Shown: in pieces, positions 1 to 13,342 of the stretch
Position numbering within the stretch: position 1 is the first letter of the stretch
Layout: every line of letters begins with the position of its first letter
NCBI GenBank assembly: GCA_023213395.1
Contig: CM041465.1
Coordinates: forward strand, 27,039,741-27,103,740
Source: Cycas panzhihuaensis
Lineage: Eukaryota > Plantae > Cycadophyta
Length of the DNA stretch: 64,000 bases
Direction of reading: 5' to 3'
Program-made: the position numbers and the translations under genes
The notes under the pieces: model-generated
Database searches by the model: none
The model's input: the letters and a program-made list of their open reading frames with translations, nothing else
What the model was told of the DNA's origin: nothing

Positions 1-3000
1 CTGCAGTTCTCCATATTGAATTTTTTGAGTATGTTCTTTATGTATTTGGATTGAGATAATCCAATGAAGTCACTTGTCTGATTTACTTCTATTCTAAGAT
101 ATTAATAGAGAATTCCCAAATCAGTCATCTCAAAAACCTTTTCAAGTTGGTTTTTGATAGATACAATTGAGGCATCATCATTTCCCATGAGTAGTATGTC
201 ATCTACATATATTGCAATAATTGTTACCTTTCCTCTATTGAGTTTTATATATAGACTTGGATTTGACTCACATCTGTGAAAGTTATTGTGTATTAAATTG
301 TGATCTAGTTTCGCATACCAATTTCTAGGAGCTTGTTTGAGTCCATAGAGAGCCTTTTTTAACCTGCATATTAGATTTTCTTACCCTGGTTTTCAATAGC
401 CTTCAGGTTAATACATATATACCTCTTCCTTTAGATCTCCATTTAAAAAGGCACTTTTTATATCTAGTTGATAAATTTTCCATTTTTGTTGAGCAGCTAA
501 GGCTATTATTGCCTTTATTGTAGTCAGTTTTGCTATCGGTGAGAAGGTTTCTTCATAATCTATACCTGTTGTTTGAGTATATCCTTTAGCAACCAACCTT
601 GCTTTATATCTTTCTATTTCTCCATTGGATTTCTCTTTGATTTTGTAAACCCATTTGCAGTTTACTATGGGTTTGTTTTTTGGACATTCCACTAGTTCCC
701 AAGTTTTATTTTTCTGAATTGTAGCAATTTCTTCATTCATGGTAGCTTTCCATTCTGCATGTCTTCTTGCCTCTTCATAATTGACTGATTCCAGAGAGCA
801 TGACAAAGCTTGATGTCTCTATGACCTGGTCTTATACTCATAGATGTCTCCTTCATTTTCTTCAATGGTTTTGAGATACCATTTTGGAAACCTTTTTAGG
901 ATTTCTTATTCACAAATGTCCCTGTGCTCTTTTTCATCTTGAATGTGAGAAATATCTTCTTCACTCCTTGGATAATACTCTTCAATATCTTCATATGTGA
1001 TGTCAGACTTGTCTTATAAGGATATAGAGGATTATTTATCTGCAGTCTTTGTTAATGCCTCTATTTCTTGATATTCCCTTCGAATTTTCCCTGGATCTTC
1101 ATCAAACACAATGTCTCTACTAATATGGATTTTGCTAGTTTTTAGATCCATGCATCTATATGCTTTTGATTTTGAGCAATAGCCAACCATTATACATTCT
1201 ATACTTTTGTTATCTAGCTTTGAACGCTTCTTGTTTGGAATGTGAACATAAGCTTTACACCTAAAGACTTTAAGATTACTTACATCAGGTTTATGACTCG
1301 TCCACGCTTCTTCAGGTGTAATTTTTTGTAGAGCATGTGTTGGACTCCTATTTATTAGATATACTACTGTGTTGACTGCTTCTGCCCAATATGCTTTGTT
1401 AATCCCTTTATCATAAATTAAGCATCGTGTTATTTCCATAATTGTTTTGTTCATTCATTTTGCAACTCCATTTGACTAGGGTGTGTATGAAGTGGTTATT
1501 TGCCTGTATATCCTATGATCTCTGCAGTAGTTGAGAAATTTCTTTAACATATATTCTCCTCCTCCATCAGATCGAATATATTTGATTTTATTATTACTTT
1601 CTAATTCAACTTCAACCTTGAGCTCTCTAAACTAGTCAAAAACTTCATATTTATTTTTTAAGAAATATATCCAGGTTTTTCTTGAAAAATCATTAATAAA
1701 GGTTAGAAAATACTTTGCTCCATTGATTGAACTTGGCATAATTGGACCACAAATGTCTGTATGTATTAATTCCAATTTACTTCTGGTCTTTTGAGTGCTT
1801 TCTGAAAAAGGACTTCGATGTTGCTTTCCCATCATACAACTCTTACAAATAAAAGAATCAAATGATAACTTTGGTAACCTAGTAACCATGTTAGAATTTT
1901 TTAATAGTTCTAATCTATCATTTGAGATATGTCCATATTTTAAATGCCAGATTTCATTACTATTTTTGCTTGAAACAACAAAAGATTTTACATCATATGT
2001 AGGCGCAATTGGGGTAGAAAGTAATTTATAAATATTGTCACTTTCTATACCTTCTGCTATTACAACACCATCCTTTTTCATGTCTAATATAAAATAATGC
2101 CTATTGGTATCAAAAATGGTTACCAATTTTTCTTACTAAGATGAGAAACTAATAAAAGATTTTTTTTCATCCTTGGTACATAGAGAACTTTACCAATTTG
2201 CTATGTTTTTCCATCAATTTCAACTGCTATTATTCCAATTCCTTTAATATGTAAATGAAAATTATTTTCTAATTCTACTGAACTAATAGATGAATATGGT
2301 TTAAGTGGTTCAAACCATTCTTTTCTTCCTGTTATGTGGTTTGATGCTCCCGAATCTATGTATCAGTTATCTGATGTTTTTGTACTTGCTGCTAATGCAA
2401 CCATAAAGGTTGTTTCTATATCATTCTCTTCTATTTCTTGATCTCTTTCTTTACTATAGTTTCCAGCTATTTATTTCCCTCTCTAAAGTATTGCTTTCTT
2501 GCATTAATAGGGAAAGTGACCAGATTAACCACAATGGTAATAAACATCAAAGACATGATAGTTACTTGAAAAATGTCTGGGTTTCCCATAATTGAAGCAA
2601 ACTCTTGCATCTCTTGGTGGTGTAGATCTTCCTCTACCTCTTCCATCAATCTAGGGTCCTTTGAAGTTTGATTTTTGAATTCAACCTCATCCTCTGAAGC
2701 TTGGTTGAGTGCATCCTCGTCTTATGTTAAATCTTGATACAAAGATTTCTTCTATTTCAGCAGTATCCTCTTTATATCATTTATTTCTTTGTTCTTGATT
2801 TAACATATGACTTATTAACCCTTCAAATGTCATCTTTGCTATTTGACCACTTCCTATTAACATGTTGACCATGTTATCAAAAGATTTGGGAAGTTTGTTT
2901 AGGACATGGTATACCAATTCTAGATCTGAGATTTTATCTCTTATAGAGATAAGCTCATTCTTTATGCTATTTATTTTGGCCACAAATTTAGATACAGATT

Positions 3001-3354
3001 GATTTTCTCTCAGTTTAAGTTTGTATAGTTCTTCCCTTATTGCGATTATCCTGGCCTCATTTTTTTGACTGAATAAGGAAGTTACTATATTCTAAATTTG
3101 TGAGGAGGACTCTACACCATCCACATAAGATAGAAGAGAATCTAAAATAAAAGTTTTAGAATTCCAATTGTAATATTATCCTTTTCTTCCCAAATTATTT
3201 GATCAACTATATCTGTGGGTTTTTTTTCTTCACTAGTAACAATTTTCCATGCTCCCTTTACTCTTAAAAGGCCTTCAATCTTGATTTTCCAAAGGCTAAA
3301 GTTCATTTTCATGAGTTTATCAGCTTTAGGAAGGGCAATAACTAAGGAAGCCAT
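1..3354 (-). pseudogene. Copia-1 gag-pol polyprotein, disrupted
   Basis: ORF fragments 3142-3354, 2777-2983, 1632-2126, 1032-1454 and 408-806 carry Copia motifs and are separated by stops/frameshifts. Confidence 0.9.
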
Positions 3355-4048
3355 TTTTAGAATATTAATGAGTCACCTTTGAGTATGAAAGTACATGGTT
3401 GTATGACTATACGGTATGTATTTGTACGAAAAAATCAACTTATATGGATGAGCAAAATTAGGGTGTCAAAAGAAAGATCTAAGTGTGAGGATTCTAGATC
3501 TGAAGTTATTTTCCCAGAAAACTTAATGGTTAGGTCAGAAAATGCAATCAAATTTCATAAATACAGCTAGGATTTTTAGAGAAAAGTCTTCGTTTCTCAA
3601 AAAATATACTGAAAAAACTTTGAAAAATTATCTCAATCATTCAATATTACCCTAGAGAAGATTTTCAGTCAGAATTTACCCAAAATCAATGCTCTGAGCA
3701 GAAGAAAAATTTAGTAGAATGAGTAAACCTGTGCCCACTAAAAACTACTAGAAAACAGATTAAGATGAAATTTCCAGGCTTCGATCCTTTAGAAGAAAGT
3801 GACGGCCTCGCAAGGGTGAATCTCCTGGTAAAATTTTAGACAAATCTGAGCACCTCGAATTTTGTCAAGATGCAGTATAATTCAGACTCTTCCATCTTTG
3901 CACCGCATGCCTGCAGACTGTTCGCTTTCCTTTTGTCTTTCACTGTTACTTTAAAAAAAAACTTCACTTCTTGGTCCCAATTTGGACTTCAAATTTCTCC
4001 CTCTTTCTTAGATCATAGAACTAATTCTCATTTTCTGGAGGATAAACT

Positions 4049-4060
4049 GCTTTGATACCA
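4049..4060 (-). promoter_or_regulatory. Primer-binding site (tRNA-iMet type) of Copia-1
   Basis: gctttgatacca = revcomp TGGTATCAAAGC (canonical TGGTATCAGAGC), directly adjacent to the LTR-terminal CA (tg at 4061). Confidence 0.85.
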
Positions 4061-4255
4061 TGAAAAACTATTCAATCTTTATTTCTGTCAAAAGTTACGC
4101 ATTATTATGATGTCTATCACTCATTTATATTGTACATATGAGAGAGAGTTTCAAATTGGTTTATCAACCACCTAAAGACTGATAAATGACTTTATGCCAT
4201 ATGGCATAATTATAAATGAGTCTAAGTTACTTAAGATAAAACATTACTTTTTACA
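4061..4255 (-). repeat. Probable 5' LTR of Copia-1
   Basis: Begins at the PBS-adjacent TG and a candidate end is ...ttttaca at 4255. The partner LTR is outside the window, so the outer end is unverified. Confidence 0.5.
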
Positions 4256-4947
4256 TTGTCATCATCCCAAAATGATCCATTACAAGTTATATATAGTGTT
4301 TAATATGACCAAGTTTAATTTTTACAAAAGGAGCTAAGTAAATTTTTTAGGACAATTATTAATAAATAAGACCTACCTTTGCTCCGAGCATTAGAACTTC
4401 CACCAACGAAGTTAAAAATTAGTTCTGTTAATACTAAATCAAAGTACATTCTCACTTGGTTGAAACAAGTGGTCACATGACCACCTTCAGTTTTAGTTTG
4501 ATAGACTTTTTAATGAGTGAAATTGAGCCAATATATTTTTTAGCCTTTTTTGCTAAAAGGTTAACTTTTTGCAAAAGTTTTTAATGCATAACTTTGTGAT
4601 ATGGTATCAAAATTGAGTTATATCTAAAATATTAGACTCCATTTTCTATTGTCTATTAAGTTGTAAGGTGAGAATTTTTTTTTTTGAAATTATTTTATGT
4701 ACTATTCTTATTCTCCAAAGTGGCACTAGTGAAGGGCTTCTTGCATGATGACCCTTAATAAAAATTATTACTTCTTGAGATGGTTGGAGTCCTAATTAGG
4801 ATATTTGCACTAGTCTTGGAGGTGAAGTGAGATATTTCTTGTGGTTGTTAAGTGTCCTTGCATTATTTTTCATATAATTTGATTGTAATTACTTTTAAGT
4901 AATCTACATTTTTTGAAGGTCTATTATTTAAAGCAATCTCCTTTATA

Positions 4948-7900
4948 ATGGTAGCAAATATTGTTAATATAATTGTACCCAATTTTGATAGAAATAACTT
5001 TCTTAATTAGAGTAGGCAAATGAAACCTATTTTTATTGCAAAGGATATGTGAGATCTTATCAATACAAGTTATGAAGAGATTAATAAAACAACCATAAAA
5101 GATGAAAAGAAAGATTACAAGGAGATTACTAGAGAAGAAGTCAATGAGTTCATCACAAAGGTTTAAGATTTAGTCAATCAAATGATATCTTTAAGAGAAA
5201 TGATAAGTGAGAAAAGGATTATTGAAGAGATTTTAAGGTGTATAGGAGAAATCAAAAGGTTTGAAATAGTGGCAATAAATATTGAAATTTCAAAAGATCT
5301 TAACATACTTAGGATTGATCAATTAAGTGTTATGCTCTTAGCTATTGAGGAGAAGAAAGGGGGTAATAAATCCATTGAATACACTTTTATAACCAAGGCT
5401 AGAATTAGGTAAAACTTTCAAGGACAAAGTTCTAGGATTAGGGGCTAATCCCTTAGAGGAAGAGGCCAATAAAGAAACCAATTTTAAAGATAAGATTTCT
5501 AAAATTATTAAGGTAACTTTTAAGAATAAGGTAACTTCTAAAGATAAGAAAATTATTAAGGACAAGGCCCTAATCAAGGTTTTCAAGAGTAAGATCAAAG
5601 GTATTTTCAAGGCCAAGGACAAGGCCAAAACTTTAGAAGAGGAGGAGAAAATTCTAGAGGTAGAAATCAAAGTCAAAGAGGAAGAAGTTCAAGAGGAAGA
5701 GAAACCACTCAATGTTCTTTTTGTCATAGAATTAGCTACTTAGAAGAAAATTATTTTGCCAAAAATGCAAGTACACAAAGGAACAACCAATATAATAATA
5801 AAAGAAAGGTATGATGATAGATTATTTCTCTCAAATCTAGTAGCTAATGAAGAAGATGATATTTAGTATATCAATTTAGGATGTTCAACACACATGACAT
5901 ATAAAGAAGAATAGTTCAAAGAGATAGATAATTCTAAGAAAAGTAGAATTCTATTTAGAGATAATACCATATATATAATAGTTAAAAAAGGAAACATTTC
6001 TATAACAACTGATTTAGGAGAAACAAGAAGTATAAATGATGTTCTACATGTTTTAACTCTAAAAAAGAATCTACTCTTGGTGAGTCAGATGATGGATCAA
6101 AAGTATAAAGTAATATTTGATAATACAGAATGTACAATCAAAGATAAGTTAAGGAATAAGGTGATTATGGCAAAAGGCCAAATGACTAGTGATAGATTAT
6201 TTAAACTAGTTATTCCTTCATTAGATTTATATGCTTTAAAGGCTTAAATAAATGTTGATTATGAAACATGGCACAAAAGACTTGGCCATATAATTATAAT
6301 AGCTTAGCTTTGATGAAAATAATGGATATGGTGATCATACTCTTTGCTATAGAAACAAACAAAGAGCTTTGTGAAAGTTGCATACTTAGAAAATAACAAA
6401 GGGAAAGTTTTCTAAATGAAAGTTATAGGCCCAAAGGGCTCCTTCAATTGATCTATACAGACTTGTGTAGTCCAATGGATGTGCCTTCACTAGGTGGTGC
6501 TAAGTATTTCATAACATTTATTGGTGACTTTACTAGAATGACTTAGGTCTATTTCATCAAGTTTAAATTAGATGCTCTTTAATGTTTTGTTGACCTCAAA
6601 ACTTTGGTTGAGAAATAAAGTGGGCTTAGAATTATTACCCTAAGGTCATATAATGGGGGAGAATTAATCTCAAATGAGTTTAAGGCATATTGAAACTATT
6701 GTGAAATAAGAAAATAACTCCCTAATCCTTATATTCCATAATAAAATGGAGTTGCAAAAAGAAAGAATAGAACCATCGCTGAAATGGTAAGAAGTATGCT
6801 TAAGGATAAGCACCTTGGACATGAATTTTAGGCAGAAGTTATACACATAATATTTTATTTATTAAATAAGTATACCACTAGGGTTGTTAGGTGGGTCACA
6901 CTTGAAGAAGCTTGGATAGGTTGCAAGCCAAGCATAAAGCACTTAATAATTTTTGGATGCTTAGCTTTTTACACATGTTCTAGATTAGGAAAGGACCAAG
7001 TTAGATGATAAGAGCACCAAGTATATTTTTATAGGATATAACAATACTTCTAGATCCTATAATCTATATGACCTAAAGGATAAGAAGATGATTATAAGTA
7101 GGGATGCCATCTTCAAAGAAGATGAAATTTATCAAGATGAAGTTGCTGAAAAAGTTAAGGAAAAAAACATCATAGTAGAAATGGAACCAAATCCTAAAGT
7201 TATAAATATACCAAGTCCAAATAAAGTAGGACCCTCTACATCAAATCAAGAGGTCCCTAAGTGGATTTGAAGGGAATATGACCCTTCTAGCATTTTAGAT
7301 AACAACTTTGAGAGAAGAACCATTAGATCTCAAAGGGTAAAATTTGCCTTGATGACTTAATGATGGATGCAAATAAGCCTCATAACTTTGAAGTGACTAA
7401 TACACAAAATGAATGGAGAGAAGCTATGGAGGATGAGTATAATGTATTAATAAAAAATGATACTTAAGAATTAATAGATCTTCCACCAAGTAAGAATGCA
7501 GTTGGAACCAATTGGGTCTATAAGATCAAATATAGATAAGATGGAACAATAGATAAGTATAAATTAAGGTTAGTTGCCAAAGGCTATACCCAAATTAAAG
7601 GCATAAACTACAATAATACCTTTTCTCCTATTGTAAGATTTGAGATAGTTCATTTGATAATAGCTTTAGCTATATAATAAGGTTAGACAATTTAACAAAT
7701 AGATGTTAAAATTACTTTCCTAAACTGATATACAGAAGAAAACATATATGTCCAACAACCTAAAGGTTTTTAAGTAAAGGGGGAAGAACATAAGGTCTAT
7801 ATACTTAAGAAGGCCTTATATGGATTTAAATAAGCACTTAGAGCATGGTACTCTAGGATTGACAAGTATATTAAAGATAAAGGATTCCAAAAGAGTCAGT

Positions 7901-8900
7901 TTAATCCTAACTTATACATCAAGATAGAAGGAAGCTCAATACTTATTATGGGCTTATATATCGATGATCTTATGTATATTGGGAACGACACTCATTTGTC
8001 CCAAAAATTCAAATAAGATATATGTAAGGAGTTTGAAATGACTAATTTGGGACTTATACATTACTTATTAGGCTTAGAAGTATGGTAAGATGAAAATAGG
8101 ATATTTATTTACTAAAGAAAATATATACTAGACTTATTATACATGTTTAACATGAGTAATTGCAAGTCACTTGCAATGTTAGTAGAAGTTGGGGTGAAGC
8201 TATCCAAATTTAAGGATTCAGAATTAGTTGATCCTATCATTTATAACTAATTGATTAGAAGTTTAATTTACTTAACTTCAACCTAACTGAACATCATGTA
8301 TGCTATTAATATAGTTTCTAGATTTATACATGAGCCTAAGGTAACATATTAGCAAGCAACAAAAATGATTTTTAGGTACTTAAAAAGAATGGTTAGATAT
8401 ATATTTCATTACAGATAATTAAAGGACTACAGGTTAATTGGTTATACAGACTCATACTAGGCATGTTATGTAGATGACAAGAAATCTACCTTAGGCTACA
8501 CTTTCAGTTTAGGTTCAACAAAAATAGCTTAGTATTCAAAGAAACATGTCACAATTTCTCTATTGATTATAGAGGTAGAATACAAAGTAGCTGTAATAAG
8601 GGCTTGTGAGATAGTTTAGCTTAGAAGGTTGCTCCAAGATTTGTAGGAAGAATAAGTTAATCCCACATAAATGCTTTGTGATAATCAAAGCACCATTCAT
8701 ATGACATGGAATCCATTTTTTCATGACAAGATAAAGTAAATTAAAAATATAATAACACTTTATTAGGGAATTGGTTCAACAAGGTGAGATTGAAATGGTC
8801 TATTACAACACAGAAGATTAGGTGGTAGGCATATTCACTAAAGCACTTAGAAAGATAAAGTTTAACAAATTCATAGATAAGCTTGGAGTCTCCCTAAATG
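4948..8900 (+). pseudogene. Copia-2 gag-pol polyprotein, heavily decayed
   Basis: Recognisable remnants: gag NF..W, zinc knuckle ~5713, protease ~5865 (GCSTHMT), integrase (WHKRLGH, YTDLC, YFITFI), RT (KLRLVAKGYTQ, YIDDL) and RNase H (LCDNQSTI). Confidence 0.88.
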
Positions 8901-8908
8901 TATATTAT

Positions 8909-9234
8909 GGAGGAGAAATATTGGAATAATACCCATTTAGGCATATTGGCCTAGGGTTTGGTAGAGATTATGTTGGTATCACTAGCCACACCTAACTAAC
9001 TTATTAGATGTTTGTAGTAAATATTCTAACATTTCTTAATGCCATTTGGTGGTAGACATTGAGTGCTTCTTAATGCTAGTTGGTGGTAGACATTGAGTGC
9101 TTCCTGCTCAATTCTTGCCTATAAATTCATGGGGTCCAAAGGCACTAGTATTCTTTAATATAACCATTATATTAGATTCTACTTTAGCCTGTTTGTGCAT
9201 TCTTTATCCCCTCTAAACCCCCTACATTCCTTCA
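8909..9234 (+). repeat. PPT and probable 3' LTR of Copia-2
   Basis: Purine tract ggaggagaaa (8909-8918) follows the RNase H end. Then ta(=tg)ttggaataat..., a TATA-like cctataaat near 9118, and an end at ...ccttca where host Tat gag resumes. No 5' partner is seen. Confidence 0.6.
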
Positions 9235-9239
9235 TCTAT

Positions 9240-11290
9240 AGGGTAAGCAATATTAGATCCTTGATAAGGCCTTAGAGGCATGTCCTATGTTTAATGGAGA
9301 TAGAATAATTATAGTAGAGTAACAAATAGAATTTTTTTCTATGATGTAGATGATATTGAACATCATTGGGCCTAATGTGGCAATTAGGCTTTTAATCTAT
9401 TCTTTGATAAAAATTATTGCTACGTGGCTTTATAATTTACCTAATATCTTCATTAATGATTAGAAACATTTGATACAAGTATTTAAAGTTAAATATGGAA
9501 ACAAGCAGACTTTTACAACAATAATAAGATAATTAGCAAGCATGAGAAAAGGAGTCAACAAAAGTACTACCAATTATGTTAAGAGATTTAAGAGAACTTT
9601 CAAGTAGATTTATGTTGAAAATTGACCTACATAAGGTATTTTAATGGAGTGGTTTCTAGATGGGCTTGACCCTGAAACTAAGCTAATGATATTCTTAAAG
9701 AACCAGATGATTTTCAAGTAGTAAAAGGCACTACTCTTGCTTTGGAGATAGTAATAGATAGATGTAAAAAAACTCCTTTCCTTTTCATCCAAACTCTAGA
9801 AGGAAGAATCCTCCACCACCACCTCAATAAGTAAAAGGAGGTGTATAAGTCATGATTAAGAAGTTGAATAAGAAGGTGTAATATTGGAAGATATAAGCCA
9901 AAGGAAAGGATCCACATGACATCATTTTATTAAAAATGCCTAAAGAATAGCCAACAAATTTATATTTAGAAGATGAATCCAATATTATGGCTATTGATGA
10001 ATAGGATATCTAATATAAAAAAAATGCCAAGCTATACATATATTAGTGATGATGCACTGCCATTAAATTATGGAGTCTCTACAATTATAATAGCATCCTT
10101 TAATGATAATCAAGAATGAAAGTTTCCTCCTACCAATCTAATAGTTATGACTAGGTCATAAGTCAAATAATGATATAAGCTTATTGAAGAATAGAGGTTT
10201 ATTATTGTTGAGAAAATAGAAAAGGTAATTAGAGGTAATGCTCCTATGAGAACACCTCAAAGTACTACAATAATTATCATGGAGAAAAATACAAAGGCCT
10301 CTAATAGAAGATGAGTATGATATTTTAAGAGAAATGAAGAAGTACCCTACTAGATCGAACCTCTTTTAGGCTATGAAGTTGTTTGAGTAGAGGGATAGGT
10401 TGATAAAGGTGCTTTAATAATAAAGGGATCCTTATTTGAACACTTAGATTCATGATAGGGTGGCTTTTGTTGTTGTCTTAGCTTTGAAATATAAGGATTC
10501 TTCTTTTTATATCTTTCTAAATATTTATGATGATTTTACCCTTCACAATTATATTGTGGATATGAGAGCCTTATATAATTGATGCCCTATACTATAATTA
10601 AGGCCTTAAGCATTAAAGGAATGAAACCTAGAATTTAGACTAGTGGCTATGATTGGTGAAATTAAAGATCTAGTTGTTCCTTAAATAATTTTCCCTAGAA
10701 TTTTAATACCTACCACTATAATGATAGTGGATATCCTACCTATCTATGGCATGTTGCTTGGGAAGGAATATATTTATAACACATGGGTTATTCCTAATCT
10801 AAGGATGGGTAATATTATGTTCCCATTAGGCTAAGATCCCATTACCTTATTAAGGAGAGAAAGTTATATGAATCATATGGAAAATAAAGTTGGTCCACTT
10901 TTTGATTTTGGTTTTGATCCAACAAGTTTGGGAACTTGTATAGTCCTACTACAAAATGATGCTTTGCTTATAATAGAGGAGGAGAAATATTACATAGGCT
11001 TGATAAGGCAATACTCAATTTGGGAGATATCCTTTGATAAGATCAAATCAAAGATGGGAGCAATGGCATGTGTTTTAATATAATCTCTTGATGGAGAGCT
11101 CTTTCTTTTTTCCCTCAAATTAATGCTTGAAAATATAAATAATATTGTAAAGTATGGAGCCTTAATTCTAGGACTTCATAAGGTTTTAGATTTATAAGTT
11201 AAATTATTGAAGATTTAAGGGGACTCATGGGTAGTCATAAATTATATAAAGAACATACGTTCTACTAAATGTAATAGGTTGAAGGGTTAC
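9240..11290 (+). pseudogene. Host Tat-type Gypsy element, part 1: gag, aspartic protease, N-terminal half of archaeal-type RNase H (aRH)
   Basis: Gag motif CPMFNG...RLL..SL...ATWLYNLP (~9285-9445), protease IVD.RA (~10550), and aRH motifs WEISFD (~11020), NNIVKYGALILGL (~11138) and GDS (~11219). Ends at ...LKGY. Confidence 0.8.
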
Positions 11291-13331
11291 TAGAAGCGTG
11301 CCTTCTGGGGGTCCACTATAAGCTACTATATACCAACTAATAATAGGCTTAGGAGGTATAGCTTTAGTTTACCCTCAAAGGGCATTTGTACACCTTGTAA
11401 GCATAGGTTCAGGGACCCAAAGGATGCATGTTTCCTTTCTACTCCTATAGGGCCTTGGTTCCAGGTTGATTAGTACTATGTTTAGGTCATGAAAGGCTGG
11501 GCCTTCCCAGATTACCAAGTAACCTAGGGAGGTTTCTCCTATCCTCATTTCTAAGGAGGGAATACGTTTCCCTTTCAAAAAAGGGGGGCAGTGATAAATA
11601 GGAAATAAGGTAGGAGGAGGGGTTTGATATGTTTCCTTGTTGCCTAGAAGGTTTTATTTAGGATTTAATGGGAAGATAAAGTTCCTTGATTTGGTTTTGT
11701 TCTTTGTTTCAAATGCAATATTTTTGTATGCTATAGGTTGTAGTTATCTTATCACAAAAATGAAACAATTAATAAATATAACTAACAATGTACGATGGAT
11801 GCAAATCCTCACTTTCAATTCTCTATCTTTATCTTTTGGCAAAAAGAGATTTAAAGTTATATGCCTAAAATAAAATAGTCATTAATACGGTTGGGAGTTA
11901 TGTAAAGGAGGAAGAAAGATAAAGATTCCTATACACATGCAATGATTCCTTTCCTCAACATGTTTTCTTTTACACATATAAGGAGAAATGCACACTCTAA
12001 AACTAGAACTTTAACTTTGTTTGGTATGCATATACTTATGCAAATGACAAAGTAATTCTTTCATAATATACCCCTTTTTTAATAAAGAGGGGAAGAAGGA
12101 GAAGAGAGGTTTCAGAAGGAGTGTACCTAGTTTGTGACATTTAGCAATGACCTTGGCCCTCTTTTGCTAATGCTATAAGTTCCTTTGCCACAAGAATTAT
12201 AAGAGGCAATGGGGCTTACTTACTTTCCCTAGGCCTAACTAAAATGTTATATAAACAAAGAAAATAGAATAAAGAGAAGGACAAAATGCATACAAGAAAT
12301 TATAATGCTAAAACACAAGTTGGTGCTTGCCTTGGGATGAGGCTTTGCACTCTCTTACCAACTATGGAGAGGTATGCACTTCATATAGGAGAAACTTATT
12401 GCTTATGGCTAGAAGTAGTGAGGAAGAATCCCTTGCAACTCTTGAGAGAGTGACTTTAGAGAAGATCCTTGAGTTCTGAGAAGAAGGAGATAGTGTTTAG
12501 TCCTTGTAGGAGAAGATCTTAAGCACCTTAGTGCTAGAATCAAGCTTTTGTTGTGTCTTTGTTTCAAGACTGAGGTTTTCTTTTAATTTCTATATGTAGA
12601 ATGAGCCAAAAGATGAGAATTAGATTCTTATTCAAACTCAAAATGAGAGTTTTATTGTTTGAGAGGGTGCCCCTAACTATTGCACCTTGATTTGGGCTTG
12701 CCCTAAGGTGCCAGGTGTCTTAGGGAGTGTAATTAATACAAATTTGAACATTGCTAACCACGACTATCAATGTAACAATTACACCATAAAATTATTCATG
12801 GTAGTACGAAGATATTTATGGTGCTAGTAATAATCAAAGTGGTGCAAACAATAATCATCATGGTAGAGACAATAAACTCTACGGTGTAAATGTAGGGTAC
12901 AAGAATCAATTGATAGTTGACCAAAGGCTAATTAAAGGAGTACTAATTCTTATCTTAGACTTTTGTAAACTAACCATGAAGCTCTAAAGTAGTTGATTAC
13001 ATATAAAAAAGTGAGAAAATGAAGTTCATAGGCAGTAATAAGTCAAAAGTATATGAAAAGTAGAGTTGTAATATCATTGAGAAGTTAACTCATCGACTAG
13101 GAGATGGCATTGGGGGCTATAAATGCCATTAGACCAGAGTCCTGGTTATCATAAGCATCTAGGTAATCATAGGCAAGCTAAATAAATCACACAGACACAT
13201 ATATAACAATCACATAAACATCACATGGAACTATAAATATGAATGATGTAGTGACAAAAATTTAAGTGAGATATGTACCTATACTTACCTGTATTGTGAC
13301 TTCCAAAACTAGTCCTACTAGCTAGGAAACA
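11291..13331 (-). repeat. 3' LTR of element A
   Basis: Colinear with 50559-52653 along its length. Termini ta(=tg)gaagc...ggaaaca. Confidence 0.92.
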
Positions 13332-13342
13332 CTGCCTCCTTT
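13332..13342 (-). promoter_or_regulatory. Polypurine tract of element A
   Basis: ctgcctccttt = revcomp AAAGGAGGCAG abutting the 3' LTR. The homologous ctacctcctt is at 16838 in B. Confidence 0.7.

Larger units (their letters stand above)
1..4255 (-). mobile_element. Ty1/Copia LTR retrotransposon relic (Copia-1), 3' part beyond the left window edge
   Basis: Minus-strand gag (NFSLWKIKIEGLL), GAG-pre-integrase/integrase (WHLKYGH, HTDICGP, YWAEAVNT) and RT (WELV, YKARLVAKGYTQ, QLDIKSAFLNG) in Copia order. tRNA-Met PBS at 4049-4060. The outer LTR boundary (4255) is a best guess. Confidence 0.9.

Noticed and set aside
4602-4612. tggtatcaaaa as the PBS of Copia-2
   Set aside because: Weak match, and the upstream sequence does not resemble the 3' LTR at 8919-9234.
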